From positions 4,601 through 68,600 of the IMG/VR virus record IMGVR_UViG_2811994991_000003: DNA of 64,000 nucleotides; one strand, 5' to 3'. Source of the DNA: a virus (Duplodnaviria > Caudoviricetes). The position numbers and the translations under genes were made by a program. The notes under the pieces are model-generated. The model was not told the DNA's origin, made no database searches, and saw nothing but the letters and a program-made list of their open reading frames with translations. Positions 52,869 through 62,205 of the stretch are shown one piece after another. How positions within the stretch are numbered: the first letter of the stretch is position 1; each line of letters starts with the position of its first letter.

Positions 52869-53096
52869 TGCGCGCAAAGCTCCGAATTAGTTAATTATTT
52901 TTTTCAGTCAAGGTGCCTCCAGCATATACCCTGTTAATCCATTGGAACATAATGAAGAAAATTTATGACCTCTGGTCTAAGGCTGTCTTTTTTGATGGCA
53001 CTATTCTGAAAAATATGCAAAAAATAGCTTGATGTAAGGCGGTTCTTGTCAGTGTCGCAAGATCCTTAAGAATTCGTGACATGAGAGAGTTAAAGG

Positions 53097-53498
53097 ATGC
53101 TGAATCATGTATATGGATTAATTGGTGTCGTTGGGACCATAATCACCATTGCTACTAGCTTCATCCGCAACCAAGATATTTCACAATGGTTACTCGTTTG
53201 TTCTGGATGGTTAGCTGCTCTTCTTATTGGATGGTTTACGCACAGAACGATTAAAGCAATTAGCAGCAACCACACGGAGGTAATAAAAAGTAATATGGAG
53301 GCAATCAAGAGTCATCATGAGTCTAATCAAAATTTGATAGCAGAAAACAAAGGGTTGATTCAAGAACTTGCAAGAACTTCAGAACAGAAAGAAAAGATGG
53401 AAGGTATAGCCGCTTATCTTGCCACTCAGAACCCCCAAATTAACGCTATGCCAAGAACAGCAAGCCGACCAGAAAATACCGACTCGGAGGCTAATTAA
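53097..53498 (+). CDS. gop: Gop membrane toxin of gop-beta-cII
   Basis: 133 aa, two N-terminal TM segments; first gene after cos, upstream of beta. Confidence 0.75.
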   Translation: MLNHVYGLIGVVGTIITIATSFIRNQDISQWLLVCSGWLAALLIGWFTHRTIKAISSNHTEVIKSNMEAIKSHHESNQNLIAENKGLIQELARTSEQKEKMEGIAAYLATQNPQINAMPRTASRPENTDSEAN

Positions 53499-53500
53499 AT

Positions 53501-54568
53501 ATGAAAGTATACTTTGAAAATTACTCGTACTATCCAGCCTTGAGAACCCGGTCAGCAGAAATGACCGGTTTGAGTAATTTATCATATGAAAAAAAGCAAA
53601 AAATATTGCCTTTAATCTCTTTGGGGAAATGGCCTCGCGCAGAGGAAATACAAGTATCGTTGGATAAAAGCTTAGAAGTTATGAGTAACCTCCCATTCAT
53701 TTTGGATGTCACAAAGGAGAATTCTCATCATTGTGCTTCAAGCTTCGAACTACTCTCTCCTGAAAACAGCTTTAAAAATTGGATAGATTTTTGCTCCCAA
53801 AATGATAATGTTATTCCAGTCGTTCAGATGCCAGACTCAGCAAAACTTAGAGATATATCTATCCAAGCAAGAACCTTAGAAGATATTAAAGGCTCAATTG
53901 CATTTAGAATTAGAAATCTAAATACAGATATCAGCAAAATCCTGACGTCTCTCGTGTCGATGAACTCTCCAGAAAATGCCATTATTTTCATTGACTTGGG
54001 TTACATTAGAGGTAATGTTTCTGCTATAACAGCAGCAGCAATAAATTCGATAAATCAGATTAGAACTGAGATTCCTGAAGCCATAATTAGTGTGTTAGCA
54101 ACAAGTTTCCCTAGTTCAGTTACAAATTTCTGCCTTGAAAATGGACAGTCTGGATATATTGATGTCATTGAGAGAGAATTACATCAGAATATTGGTGGAA
54201 GTGATGTCGCTATTTATGGCGATCATGGCTCAATTCATTCTGTAGTGTATGATAATGTAATGGGCCGATATGTTCCTAGAATTGATATAGCGTTAGATGA
54301 TTCATGGTATTTCGAGCGCCGTCCAGGAATGAATAGAGAAGGATTTATTGAAGCTGCGCAATCAATTTTGGCGAAATATCCACATTATCAAAGAGAAGAC
54401 TCTTGGGGGGCAGCAATGATAAGAAATGCTGCAATAGGCGATGTAGCAGGTATGGGAAGCCCAGCTAAGTGGATTGCTGTTCGAGTGAATCTACACTTAA
54501 ACAAGCAAATTGATCTATCTGAGGCTCTACAATTGGGTTTTGATCATGATGAGGATGATCTTATCTAA
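53501..54568 (+). CDS. beta: Beta family protein
   Basis: 355 aa; YYPALRTRSAE, YGDHGSIH, WIAVRVNLH. Confidence 0.82.
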   Translation: MKVYFENYSYYPALRTRSAEMTGLSNLSYEKKQKILPLISLGKWPRAEEIQVSLDKSLEVMSNLPFILDVTKENSHHCASSFELLSPENSFKNWIDFCSQNDNVIPVVQMPDSAKLRDISIQARTLEDIKGSIAFRIRNLNTDISKILTSLVSMNSPENAIIFIDLGYIRGNVSAITAAAINSINQIRTEIPEAIISVLATSFPSSVTNFCLENGQSGYIDVIERELHQNIGGSDVAIYGDHGSIHSVVYDNVMGRYVPRIDIALDDSWYFERRPGMNREGFIEAAQSILAKYPHYQREDSWGAAMIRNAAIGDVAGMGSPAKWIAVRVNLHLNKQIDLSEALQLGFDHDEDDLI

Positions 54569-54594
54569 TGAAAACTGGGGAAGGTTAACCTTCC

Positions 54595-55389
54595 CTAGTT
54601 CACAACCCTTTTAAGTACTTTTCCCGGAATATAGGAAATATCATCTCCATATTTCCTAACTATAGAATCAACATCAACTTTATGGTATTCATTTAAGGAT
54701 TCATTCGAACAAGCCTTAAACTCGAACTTAACCAAAGAATCATTCTTTCTTTTGGCTTTACTCAATAAATCAAGATCGTTTATAGATATTTTTTTATTAC
54801 CATGAAGTCTAGATAAAAATTCATTAGAAGTAGCATGATACCGATTTTTAATAGATGTAATTACAAATTCTCTAATCTTATTCAAAGCTAGTTTAGATGC
54901 CAAAATCTCAAGGCGATCCCTATGTAGGTTATTGGAAACTTTAATTCCGTACTGATTAAGTAGATCTTTAAGTTCAGATTTGAGCAAAAAACCCAAATAA
55001 ACAACTTTATTTAAGCGAGAGCAAACTCGTCCTTTCTGAATTACTTTAAAACGTACACCACTATTATTAGACTGAAATTCCACAACCCCAACATTCGATG
55101 AAACCCGCTTAGATACTTCACATGTAAATTTTGGTGCGCACACAATTGTAACTTTTTCGAAGCTAGAATTGAAAATTTTTAACTGACCATCCAGACGTTT
55201 AAGAGAGTCAAAATCGCTTTTTATTTCATAGGCTTGCAGGCTCCCATTGGCAATAGCCAAATCAGCTCGTCTACTCCAGTTAGCAACTACCATTTCATTA
55301 ATGATAGTTGCATCACTAAGCATTCCTTTTTTATACAGCCAGTCAATTAGGGCTATTTTTACGTCCAGCTCTCGCAATAATTCGGCCAT
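54595..55389 (-). CDS. cII: P4 cII / sce7726-family PD-(D/E)xK protein
   Basis: 264 aa, convergent to beta; RRADLA...AYEIKSDFDSL. Confidence 0.78.
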   Translation of the reverse strand: MAELLRELDVKIALIDWLYKKGMLSDATIINEMVVANWSRRADLAIANGSLQAYEIKSDFDSLKRLDGQLKIFNSSFEKVTIVCAPKFTCEVSKRVSSNVGVVEFQSNNSGVRFKVIQKGRVCSRLNKVVYLGFLLKSELKDLLNQYGIKVSNNLHRDRLEILASKLALNKIREFVITSIKNRYHATSNEFLSRLHGNKKISINDLDLLSKAKRKNDSLVKFEFKACSNESLNEYHKVDVDSIVRKYGDDISYIPGKVLKRVVN

Positions 55390-55510
55390 GATACCCACAC
55401 TCACTTCAAACTTATTTTAATTATAGCAATAAATAATAAAAAACTCCAAACTATATTGCCCAATACATATTTAAAAAACTAGCCAATACCTATTATTTAT
55501 TTGAATAACC

Positions 55511-56764
55511 TTAGTACTTTGAATATTCATAAGGCGTAATATGTTCATTATGGTTCATATCCAAATAATCTGCCCACCATTGCACCATTAATCGACGCTC
55601 ATCCAAATGCTCAGAAGTATGAATATACGCAGCACGCACATTATTTCTCTCAGAATGGCTCAATTGGCGCTCAATCGCATCATCACTCCACAACCCTGAC
55701 TCCCCCAACGCACCACGCGCCATCGTTCTAAAGCCATGCCCGCAAACCTCGGTTTTTGTGTCATAACCCATTGTGCGCAAGGCACTGTTAATTGTGTTCT
55801 CACTCATGACTTTCGCAGCATTGTGATCACCGGGGAAAAGCAGCGCTTTATCACCACTAATTTGCTTAAGCTGTTCCAATAACACCATAGCTTGTCGACT
55901 AAGAGGAACAATGTGTTCCTCTTTCATCTTCATGCCACGATGAGAGTAACGTACGCCTTTAATTTCTTCCCGCTTTGCCGGTATGCGCCATATTGCTTTT
56001 TCAAACTGGAACTCATCCCACCGTGCAAAGCGTAGCTCACTTGAACGTACAAAGGTCAGCAACGATAGCTCAACCGCAATCCTTGTCATTACACGGCCAC
56101 GATATGCAGCAAGACGAGCAAGAAACTCTGGGAAACGGCTTGGGGGGAGAGCTGGATAATGCCGCGCTTTGGTGGTCGATAAAGCCCCGGCCATATCACT
56201 GGCTGGATTAGAGTCGATGTAATCGTTCTGTACTGCATAACGCATGATGGCCGTGACACGCTGTTGCAGGCGCTGCGCGACGTCATGCTTACCGCTGGCA
56301 TCAACTTTCTTGATCGGAGCTAGGAGATGGCTGGTTTTGAGCTGGCGAATATCAGACGAGCCGATATAAGGAAAGATATATAGCTCAAGGTAACGAAGAA
56401 CGCGCGATCGATGATCTTCACTCCAGCGCTTATTGCTGGCATGCCATTCGAAGGCGATGGTTTGAAACGTATATGCCCCCGCGTTTTCGGCCTGAGCTTC
56501 CTTCTGTTCAGTTTTCGGGTCGATACCCTGCCCTAACAGTTTTTTGGCTTCATCACGTTTTGCTCTTGCCTCAGCAAGCGTAACAGTAGGCCAGACACCA
56601 AAAGCAAGGCGATCCTCTTTTTTATCAGAGGGTCGTCTGTATTTCATGCGCCAGTATTTAGAACCCTTGGCCGAAACCTCAAGATACAAACCGCCGCCAT
56701 CGGCCATTTTGTAGGTTTTGTCTTTAGGCTTTGCGGTCTCTACCTGTCTGGCGTTGAGCTTCAT
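55511..56764 (-). CDS. int: P4 integrase
   Basis: MKLNARQVETAKPKDKTYKMADGGGLYL; tyrosine recombinase motifs; adjacent to leuX. Confidence 0.96.
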   Translation of the reverse strand: MKLNARQVETAKPKDKTYKMADGGGLYLEVSAKGSKYWRMKYRRPSDKKEDRLAFGVWPTVTLAEARAKRDEAKKLLGQGIDPKTEQKEAQAENAGAYTFQTIAFEWHASNKRWSEDHRSRVLRYLELYIFPYIGSSDIRQLKTSHLLAPIKKVDASGKHDVAQRLQQRVTAIMRYAVQNDYIDSNPASDMAGALSTTKARHYPALPPSRFPEFLARLAAYRGRVMTRIAVELSLLTFVRSSELRFARWDEFQFEKAIWRIPAKREEIKGVRYSHRGMKMKEEHIVPLSRQAMVLLEQLKQISGDKALLFPGDHNAAKVMSENTINSALRTMGYDTKTEVCGHGFRTMARGALGESGLWSDDAIERQLSHSERNNVRAAYIHTSEHLDERRLMVQWWADYLDMNHNEHITPYEYSKY

Positions 56765-56928
56765 TTTGGGGGCACATTTCTAATCGAAGTTAAGATGCCC
56801 CCAATTATGCCCCCAGTGCCCCCCGGATTTCAACGGACGGACTCGGACAATGTCGGATACAAAAATCGCTACAAGCCTTGATTTTAAAGGGGTTACGGGA
56901 CTTTCTCGGATGGTCTTGGAAGAGGTCT

Positions 56929-57013
56929 TGGTGCCGAAGGCCGGACTCGAACCGGCACGTATTTCTACGGTTGATTTTGAATCAACTGCGTCTACCGATT
57001 TCGCCACTTCGGC
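56929..57013 (-). tRNA. leuX: tRNA-Leu(CAA)
   Basis: 85 nt GCCGAAGTGGCGAAATCGGTAGACGC...TTCAAAA...CCTTCGGCACCA. Confidence 0.98.
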
Positions 57014-57040
57014 ACTGAAGGGGATGCGGAAACGTGTTGG

Positions 57041-57068
57041 ATTATACCTGCCGCGGGCGGCTATGCAA
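57041..57068 (-). promoter_or_regulatory. leuX sigma70 promoter
   Basis: TTGCAT-16bp-TATAAT on the minus strand. Confidence 0.65.
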
Positions 57069-57579
57069 GTCACGATGTTGTCATACGCCGCTAAGTGCTG
57101 AAAAAATCAACGTTCTACAAGCTGTCACCTCTTTCTTTATAAATTCTTTCCTCTTTAACCCCTTTTAACCTCTTACTCCCTTACCCGCTTCCCCCTACGC
57201 TCCAGAACGTTCCTCCTTCCGGCGCCCAGCTTTGAACATTCCATATCAGCCCCGGCCCTTCCAGGGTCACAATCCGCCAGCACTCTAGGCTTCTCCCTTC
57301 TACAGTCAGTCTTGCAAATAACCCGCCTAACAAAATAAACGTTTGTGCCGCTCTGCCGATATTGGTAAAAACAGAGCCTGCTAATAATCCGTGAAATAGC
57401 GAAGCGACCATTCTTCATATATAATATTTCTTCAACCACTTTATACCATTCCATATTGTTTCATTCGTCATATCGGTTAAAAGACCTATGACAATTAGCC
57501 TGTTTCTTTTTTTGCATTTCATTGAATACTTTGATGATTACCAGTCTCAATGGCGAACGCTATTACGTGGAGATAACGT

Positions 57580-58179
57580 ATGCATGTACTCATGATTGAC
57601 AAGCAGTCAATATTTATTGAAGGAATGGCATCAGTACTATCGCAATATATTCCGGAGGTAAAAGTTCGTGGACTGAATAATCAAAACGACATCGATGATA
57701 CGCTTAATGACTTTCCGGCATCGTTAATTCTGCTTGATGGTGATGGTAATAAAACCTCGAGCCTCGAATTGCTGGATATTTTAGCCTGTCATCATCCGAA
57801 TATCCCCGTAGTGATGCTGATGAATAAATGTCAGCCGTCGTTATTACGGTTATTTTTAAATCATCACGCGGTAGCGTTTGTCCGGCGCGATTCGCCCCCG
57901 GAAACCATCGCTCAGACACTGCGTAGCGCATCGCTGGGAATGTTCTGCCTGCCACAGGAGAGCATTACGTTGCTGGACAATGGGCACAGCGCCCTTGCCC
58001 GCCTGAGCGAACGCCAGCGTGAGATTTTGAAGCTGCTGGCCGCCGGGGAGTCAAATAAACAAATTAGCCGCCATTTAAATATCAGCGCGGGCACGGTGAA
58101 AGCGCATCTGGAATCGATTTTTCGCCGTCTGAATGTAAATAACCGCACTCAGGCCGCGATGATGTATTCGGAAGAGTAG
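57580..58179 (+). CDS. NarL/LuxR-family response regulator (atypical receiver)
   Basis: LSERQREILKLLAAGESNKQISRHLNISAGTVKAHL HTH. Confidence 0.92.
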   Translation: MHVLMIDKQSIFIEGMASVLSQYIPEVKVRGLNNQNDIDDTLNDFPASLILLDGDGNKTSSLELLDILACHHPNIPVVMLMNKCQPSLLRLFLNHHAVAFVRRDSPPETIAQTLRSASLGMFCLPQESITLLDNGHSALARLSERQREILKLLAAGESNKQISRHLNISAGTVKAHLESIFRRLNVNNRTQAAMMYSEE

Positions 58180-58234
58180 TCCTGATTATCTTTATTTGAT
58201 TGCGTTAGCTTGTTTTCTTTTTCCTGAGCGTAAA

Positions 58235-58264
58235 AGGAGCATTATGCGTGGGCATAATGCTCCT
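58235..58264. terminator. Hairpin between convergent luxR and RNase genes
   Basis: AGGAGCATTATGC...GCATAATGCTCCT. Confidence 0.7.
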
Positions 58265-58274
58265 GTCGTTTAAC

Positions 58275-58808
58275 TTAATTTCTCGGATAACTTGTTTGTA
58301 CGCGCCACTGTCCACCGTTATTCACTAAGCGGATAAACGCCCGGCGATCGTTGGCGATATTATAAAAAGCGCCATTGCCATACGCCCTGCCCACGTTCAC
58401 AGTGCCATTCCCACCCAGCGCAATCGTGAAATTAACCGCTGCGGTATTGTTGGTCGCGCCAGCACAGAACGCCTGAATAGTGTTGCCGATAGAATTCCAC
58501 GCCGCATCCGCATCCGTCCATGTCGAGGCGATATTCGTTTGCGGGCAGCTCGGTTGGTTGGCAACCGTGCGCTGCTGCAGCCATGCATCAGATTTACCGA
58601 CATGGCAAACCGTCATATGCCCACCGGCGTTATCCTGATTCTGCGCCCACTGAGCGGCCGTCAGGCCAGCGCCGGGCAAATTACAGGCCGGGCCGACATT
58701 AACGGCCATAGCTCCGGTTGAAAATAAAAACAGCGATACCGCAGCCACAGAAATAATGCTGCGCGTTTTAACCTTACGTGAAAAAACAGAGTTTACAGAC
58801 ATAATCAT
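58275..58808 (-). CDS. Secreted bacterial RNase A-like (CdiA-CT type) nuclease
   Basis: Signal peptide ending AMA; GGHMTVCHVGKSD, AST, QTSYP motifs. Confidence 0.65.
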   Translation of the reverse strand: MIMSVNSVFSRKVKTRSIISVAAVSLFLFSTGAMAVNVGPACNLPGAGLTAAQWAQNQDNAGGHMTVCHVGKSDAWLQQRTVANQPSCPQTNIASTWTDADAAWNSIGNTIQAFCAGATNNTAAVNFTIALGGNGTVNVGRAYGNGAFYNIANDRRAFIRLVNNGGQWRVQTSYPRN

Positions 58809-58832
58809 CTCCTGCGAGTGGAATAAAGAAAG

Positions 58833-58844
58833 TGCGAATTCGCA
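58833..58844. promoter_or_regulatory. Palindrome TGCGAATTCGCA (copy 1)
   Basis: Perfect 12-bp palindrome about 25 bp upstream of 58808. Confidence 0.55.
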
Positions 58845-58961
58845 GAATTAAATTACCGCCCGAGTGAATTTCAGAATATTTGGCAAGTGACCAGTGCAGG
58901 AATGATAAATGGCCTGGGCCATTTCACGGAGCAGTAAAATAAATTTACCACTCCGCGTTAA

Positions 58962-59378
58962 TTATTGTGCGGGTGTTTTCTTACGTGGTGTGCGTGGGGT
59001 TGGCGTTTTTTTAGTCTCAGTAGTTTTTTTAGCGACAGGCGCCTTTTTCACCGCCACCGTTTTTTTACGTATCGGTGTTTTTCCGGACTTATCCTCTTTG
59101 TGCATGGTGTGCCAAAAATAATAAATTGAGATTATCCCAATACCCACATCTTTTAATATCCAGAAAGGCAACTCCTGAGCCATTAATATCACGTTAAACA
59201 ACAGATAGGGTAAATTTAAACAGCCCTGCACGGTAAAACCGAACGCCGTAATTAAAAGCCCAATGCGATACCACAGTGGAATATCAAGCATGCGGCTGCT
59301 AAGGGCGCTCACAAAAATGATCACCGCAATCGCCACATCCACCAGCGTGATGGCCCAAAAAAGGAGTTTAAGCGTCAT
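58962..59378 (-). CDS. Holin-like membrane protein
   Basis: About 3 TM segments and a very basic C-terminal tail. Confidence 0.55.
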   Translation of the reverse strand: MTLKLLFWAITLVDVAIAVIIFVSALSSRMLDIPLWYRIGLLITAFGFTVQGCLNLPYLLFNVILMAQELPFWILKDVGIGIISIYYFWHTMHKEDKSGKTPIRKKTVAVKKAPVAKKTTETKKTPTPRTPRKKTPAQ

Positions 59379-59785
59379 GATGGTTCCCCTGGTTTACGTC
59401 GTGGCGCGCGGCGACGCGGTGCTGCTTTCACGCCGCGAGCCGCGCGTTTTAACTCACCGGCCACCTGCAAAATGTCATGTCCTTCGCGGCGGTTAAAGAA
59501 ATTGGCCAGCCAGGCAATCATGCCGACGCTAATCGCGCCAACAAAATAGCCGATGCCCATGGCAATATCGCTGTCTTTAAAGTTCATCCCCAGCCAGCGG
59601 GCAATAAACCCGCCGAGCGTGAAAGTGGTACTCACGCTAATCGCGCCGATGATTATTCCGGCGGCCAGGCGCCCGTGTTGATGCAGTTTTTTCGGCTGCC
59701 AGAAAAACGACACGCTCAGCCCGCCAAACAATCCGGCGAGCGCGGCCAGCCCCTGGCTTAGCAATTGCAGTCCATCTGCGGCCAT
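59375..59785 (-). CDS. Holin-like membrane protein
   Basis: About 3 TM segments (AALAGLFGG...), basic C-terminus; coupled to the next gene. Confidence 0.6.
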   Translation of the reverse strand: MAADGLQLLSQGLAALAGLFGGLSVSFFWQPKKLHQHGRLAAGIIIGAISVSTTFTLGGFIARWLGMNFKDSDIAMGIGYFVGAISVGMIAWLANFFNRREGHDILQVAGELKRAARGVKAAPRRRAPRRKPGEPS

Positions 59786-59840
59786 CGCATTACCTCCTGA
59801 ACAGGCGGCCTCAACGAATGGGATGAGGCCGCAATAACGA

Positions 59841-60314
59841 CTATTGGCAAGGAGGAAGCGTGACGGTCGTGACGTCGTTATCTGTAGTGAGATAACGCGT
59901 CGCGCTGTCCGGGCTGTAAATCAGGTGCTTGTTACTGCGCAGACCGCGTACGCTATCAATATCTGCGCTATACCATTTACCTTTACCCGGCAGCGGTTTA
60001 CCGCTCCACGGGTCGCCGCCCAACTGCTTCTTGTTCAGCGCCCACACGCTCCATAACGAGTCCTCCGCCTTGCCGCTCCAGCCCAGTTTGATGGCCTGTT
60101 CGCGCGTGACGTAATCGGCTGGCAGCACGTCATCGCGGTTCAGGGTTTTGAGCAGAGCCGTCAGTTTCTTGTCGTCCTGAACGGTTTTCTTATTGAGTTT
60201 TGCCAGCTCCTGGTTAGCTGCCTGCACCACCGCGCTGCACTGCGGCAACTCGGCCCAGGCGGGCTGAGTTAACAGCAGACCGACAAAGGTGACTATCGGG
60301 AGATATCGTTTCAT
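59841..60314 (-). CDS. Secreted barnase-fold protein, catalytic residues substituted
   Basis: Signal peptide; LPADYVT..A..LGW, GGD, W.SADID, IYS, TTD align to barnase. Confidence 0.78.
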   Translation of the reverse strand: MKRYLPIVTFVGLLLTQPAWAELPQCSAVVQAANQELAKLNKKTVQDDKKLTALLKTLNRDDVLPADYVTREQAIKLGWSGKAEDSLWSVWALNKKQLGGDPWSGKPLPGKGKWYSADIDSVRGLRSNKHLIYSPDSATRYLTTDNDVTTVTLPPCQ

Positions 60315-60330
60315 CTATTTGCTCCATGAG

Positions 60331-60786
60331 TCAGTTAATCGGTGCCAGAAACAGCGCACGTTCGGCATCACGGCGGCGCGTCAGCCCCGCCAGAATCTTG
60401 CCGCCGGCCTTGTTCCAGCGCGGCAGTTGATCCGCCGCCTCCTGATACTGGCCCTGGTTGAGCAGGCGCAGCAGCGTTGAGTTCTGCAGGTTGCCAAGTC
60501 CGACGTTAAAGGCGAAAGCGACCAGCGCGTCGAACTGGTTCTGGTTGAGATCCACCGTCACATATTTATGAATGCCGCGCTCGGTCATCCCGAGATCGGC
60601 GCGCAGCAGATCTTCCGCCTCCACTTTGCTCAGCGCCTGGGGGAAGTTTTCATTGGGCAAAATCAAATGCCCGTAGCCGATGGTCCATTTGCCTACCGCG
60701 TCGCGGTACTTCTCAAGGCTTAGCCCTTCGAAAGATTTAATCAGCGTTAGCCCGGCAGCGCCGGTACTCAGGGGTTGATTAGCCAT
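60331..60786 (-). CDS. GH24 lysozyme (paralogue 1)
   Basis: FEGLSLEKYRDAVGKWTIGYGH with E-x8-D-x5-T; GLTRRR. Confidence 0.95.
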   Translation of the reverse strand: MANQPLSTGAAGLTLIKSFEGLSLEKYRDAVGKWTIGYGHLILPNENFPQALSKVEAEDLLRADLGMTERGIHKYVTVDLNQNQFDALVAFAFNVGLGNLQNSTLLRLLNQGQYQEAADQLPRWNKAGGKILAGLTRRRDAERALFLAPIN

Positions 60787-61462
60787 TGTCATCACTCCTG
60801 TCGTTTACTTGGGGAAGAACTTGTCGGGTGTACTCTTCGATAAGCCGCAGCACGCTCTCCGGCGGCTCCAGTACGGTGAACTGCATTTCGATATCCACAT
60901 GTCCGCTGTCGCGCCCGCTGGCTCCGTGGCTCGGCGGCGACATGCTGACGTGAAAACGGCTGACTGCGTCGTCAGGTGTGCCGGACATTGCGCTCTGCTG
61001 TTCCACCGCGTCGGTGCGCACGGTGAGAAACACTTTCATCTTCTCCAGCATCAGCCCGCGCGGTGTGGAGAGCGCCACCAGCGGCAATTTGAAGTGGTGT
61101 CGATCATCCAGCTCCATTTCGACGATTTTCGGCACCAGCCGCCCGTCGTCGCTGTGTTCAAAAAAGGGATCCAGCGCCTGCATGTACTGATGCGCGATCA
61201 GCTGGTTTGCCGCCGAGGCCGCATGCTGCATGCCGCGCGTGATATCGGCCAGCGTCACACCTGAAGTAGAGGGTGGCGTGCCGTCGCCCGTTGGCGGTGG
61301 CGGATCCTGCGGTGGATCGGCGGGCGGTAATCCAGCGACATCTTCGGGTGGCGGATCGGCAGGTGGCAGCCCGGCACTCTCCTCCGGCGGTGGCGGCGGC
61401 GCAGGTGAGTCCGCCTTCGGTTCCGCGCCACGGTTGCCGCGAAGCCAGTCTTTCATTGACAT
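60779..61462 (-). CDS. DUF2589-like protein with Pro-rich N-terminus
   Basis: LADITRGMQHAASAA...KLPLVALSTP..L.LE..V...PPESVLRLIE; AGLPPADPP twice. Confidence 0.6.
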   Translation of the reverse strand: MSMKDWLRGNRGAEPKADSPAPPPPPEESAGLPPADPPPEDVAGLPPADPPQDPPPPTGDGTPPSTSGVTLADITRGMQHAASAANQLIAHQYMQALDPFFEHSDDGRLVPKIVEMELDDRHHFKLPLVALSTPRGLMLEKMKVFLTVRTDAVEQQSAMSGTPDDAVSRFHVSMSPPSHGASGRDSGHVDIEMQFTVLEPPESVLRLIEEYTRQVLPQVNDRSDDNG

Positions 61463-61519
61463 AGTGCGCTCCGTGAGAAATGAGTCTGCCAGGCAGCCTC
61501 AGGGTGAAGATAGTGAGAA

Positions 61520-62155
61520 TTACGCCGGCGCTTTTTCCGCTGTGGCAGGCGTTTCGGGGTAGGCATCAAGCTGTTTCGATTCCAGCTTTTTCGCCTCTGA
61601 CGGCAGGACAGCCGGGCGTGTTGCGGCATCCGTCAGGAAATCAATCACGCGCATCAGAGCTTCCGGCGGTGGCTGACGTTTAACCTGGGTATGGATGCTG
61701 TACTTCGCGCGGGTATCGCTGGAGCGGGTTTGCTGGGCTTTGTGCGAGACGCGACCGGTGATTTTCACGCTGAACGGCCCCCAACCAACAGAGGCTTCCA
61801 GCGAGGCTTCCGCTTCGGTCTGGCTGCTGCTGGCTTCGCTCTGAGAGACTTCCAGCTCGAAGTCGATGGTGCCCTCTTCGATGCTGATGTTAGGGTGAGA
61901 AATAGCCGCCAGCAGCGGGATGCGCATGGTCTTTTTCACCACGCCCTGGATAACGCCCTTGTCATCCACCACGGTTTCGTCGTAATCAAACTGCACCGAC
62001 TCCGCCTTACCATCCTTGATACACACCGAGAGCAGGAAGTCGGCGTACGCTTTACTTGCCTGCACCTGCGCTTTGATCATTGCCTGCAGTGGGCCGCCAA
62101 TCATGTGCTCCAGCGGCAGTGCATTAATGACCGATCCAATAAATTGTGAATCCAT
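61520..62155 (-). CDS. DUF2589-like protein
   Basis: LPLEHMIGGPLQAMIKAQ...RIPLLAAISHPNISIEEGTIDFELEV...PPEALMRVIDFL. Confidence 0.72.
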   Translation of the reverse strand: MDSQFIGSVINALPLEHMIGGPLQAMIKAQVQASKAYADFLLSVCIKDGKAESVQFDYDETVVDDKGVIQGVVKKTMRIPLLAAISHPNISIEEGTIDFELEVSQSEASSSQTEAEASLEASVGWGPFSVKITGRVSHKAQQTRSSDTRAKYSIHTQVKRQPPPEALMRVIDFLTDAATRPAVLPSEAKKLESKQLDAYPETPATAEKAPA

Positions 62156-62191
62156 AATGCATACTCCTGTGGGTTATACGAAAACATCGCG

Positions 62192-62205
62192 TTGCGAATT
62201 CGCAA
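62192..62205. promoter_or_regulatory. Palindrome TTGCGAATTCGCAA (copy 2) inside a larger inverted repeat
   Basis: Flanked by CTGTGGGTT (62167-62175) and AACCCACAG (62205-62213). Confidence 0.55.

Larger units (their letters stand above)
44244..56948. mobile_element. P4-like phage satellite (about 12.7 kb) integrated at leuX
   Basis: att repeats, int, alpha, ash/CI RNA, alpA, sid, delta, cos, gop-beta-cII. Confidence 0.95.

Noticed and set aside
53097-55404. TM protein + beta + nuclease as a novel system
   Set aside because: Matches the already described P4 gop-beta-cII defence module in sizes and layout
57125-57310. Pyrimidine-rich tract and small ORFs upstream of leuX
   Set aside because: No periodicity, RBS or recognisable motif; treated as intergenic regulatory DNA
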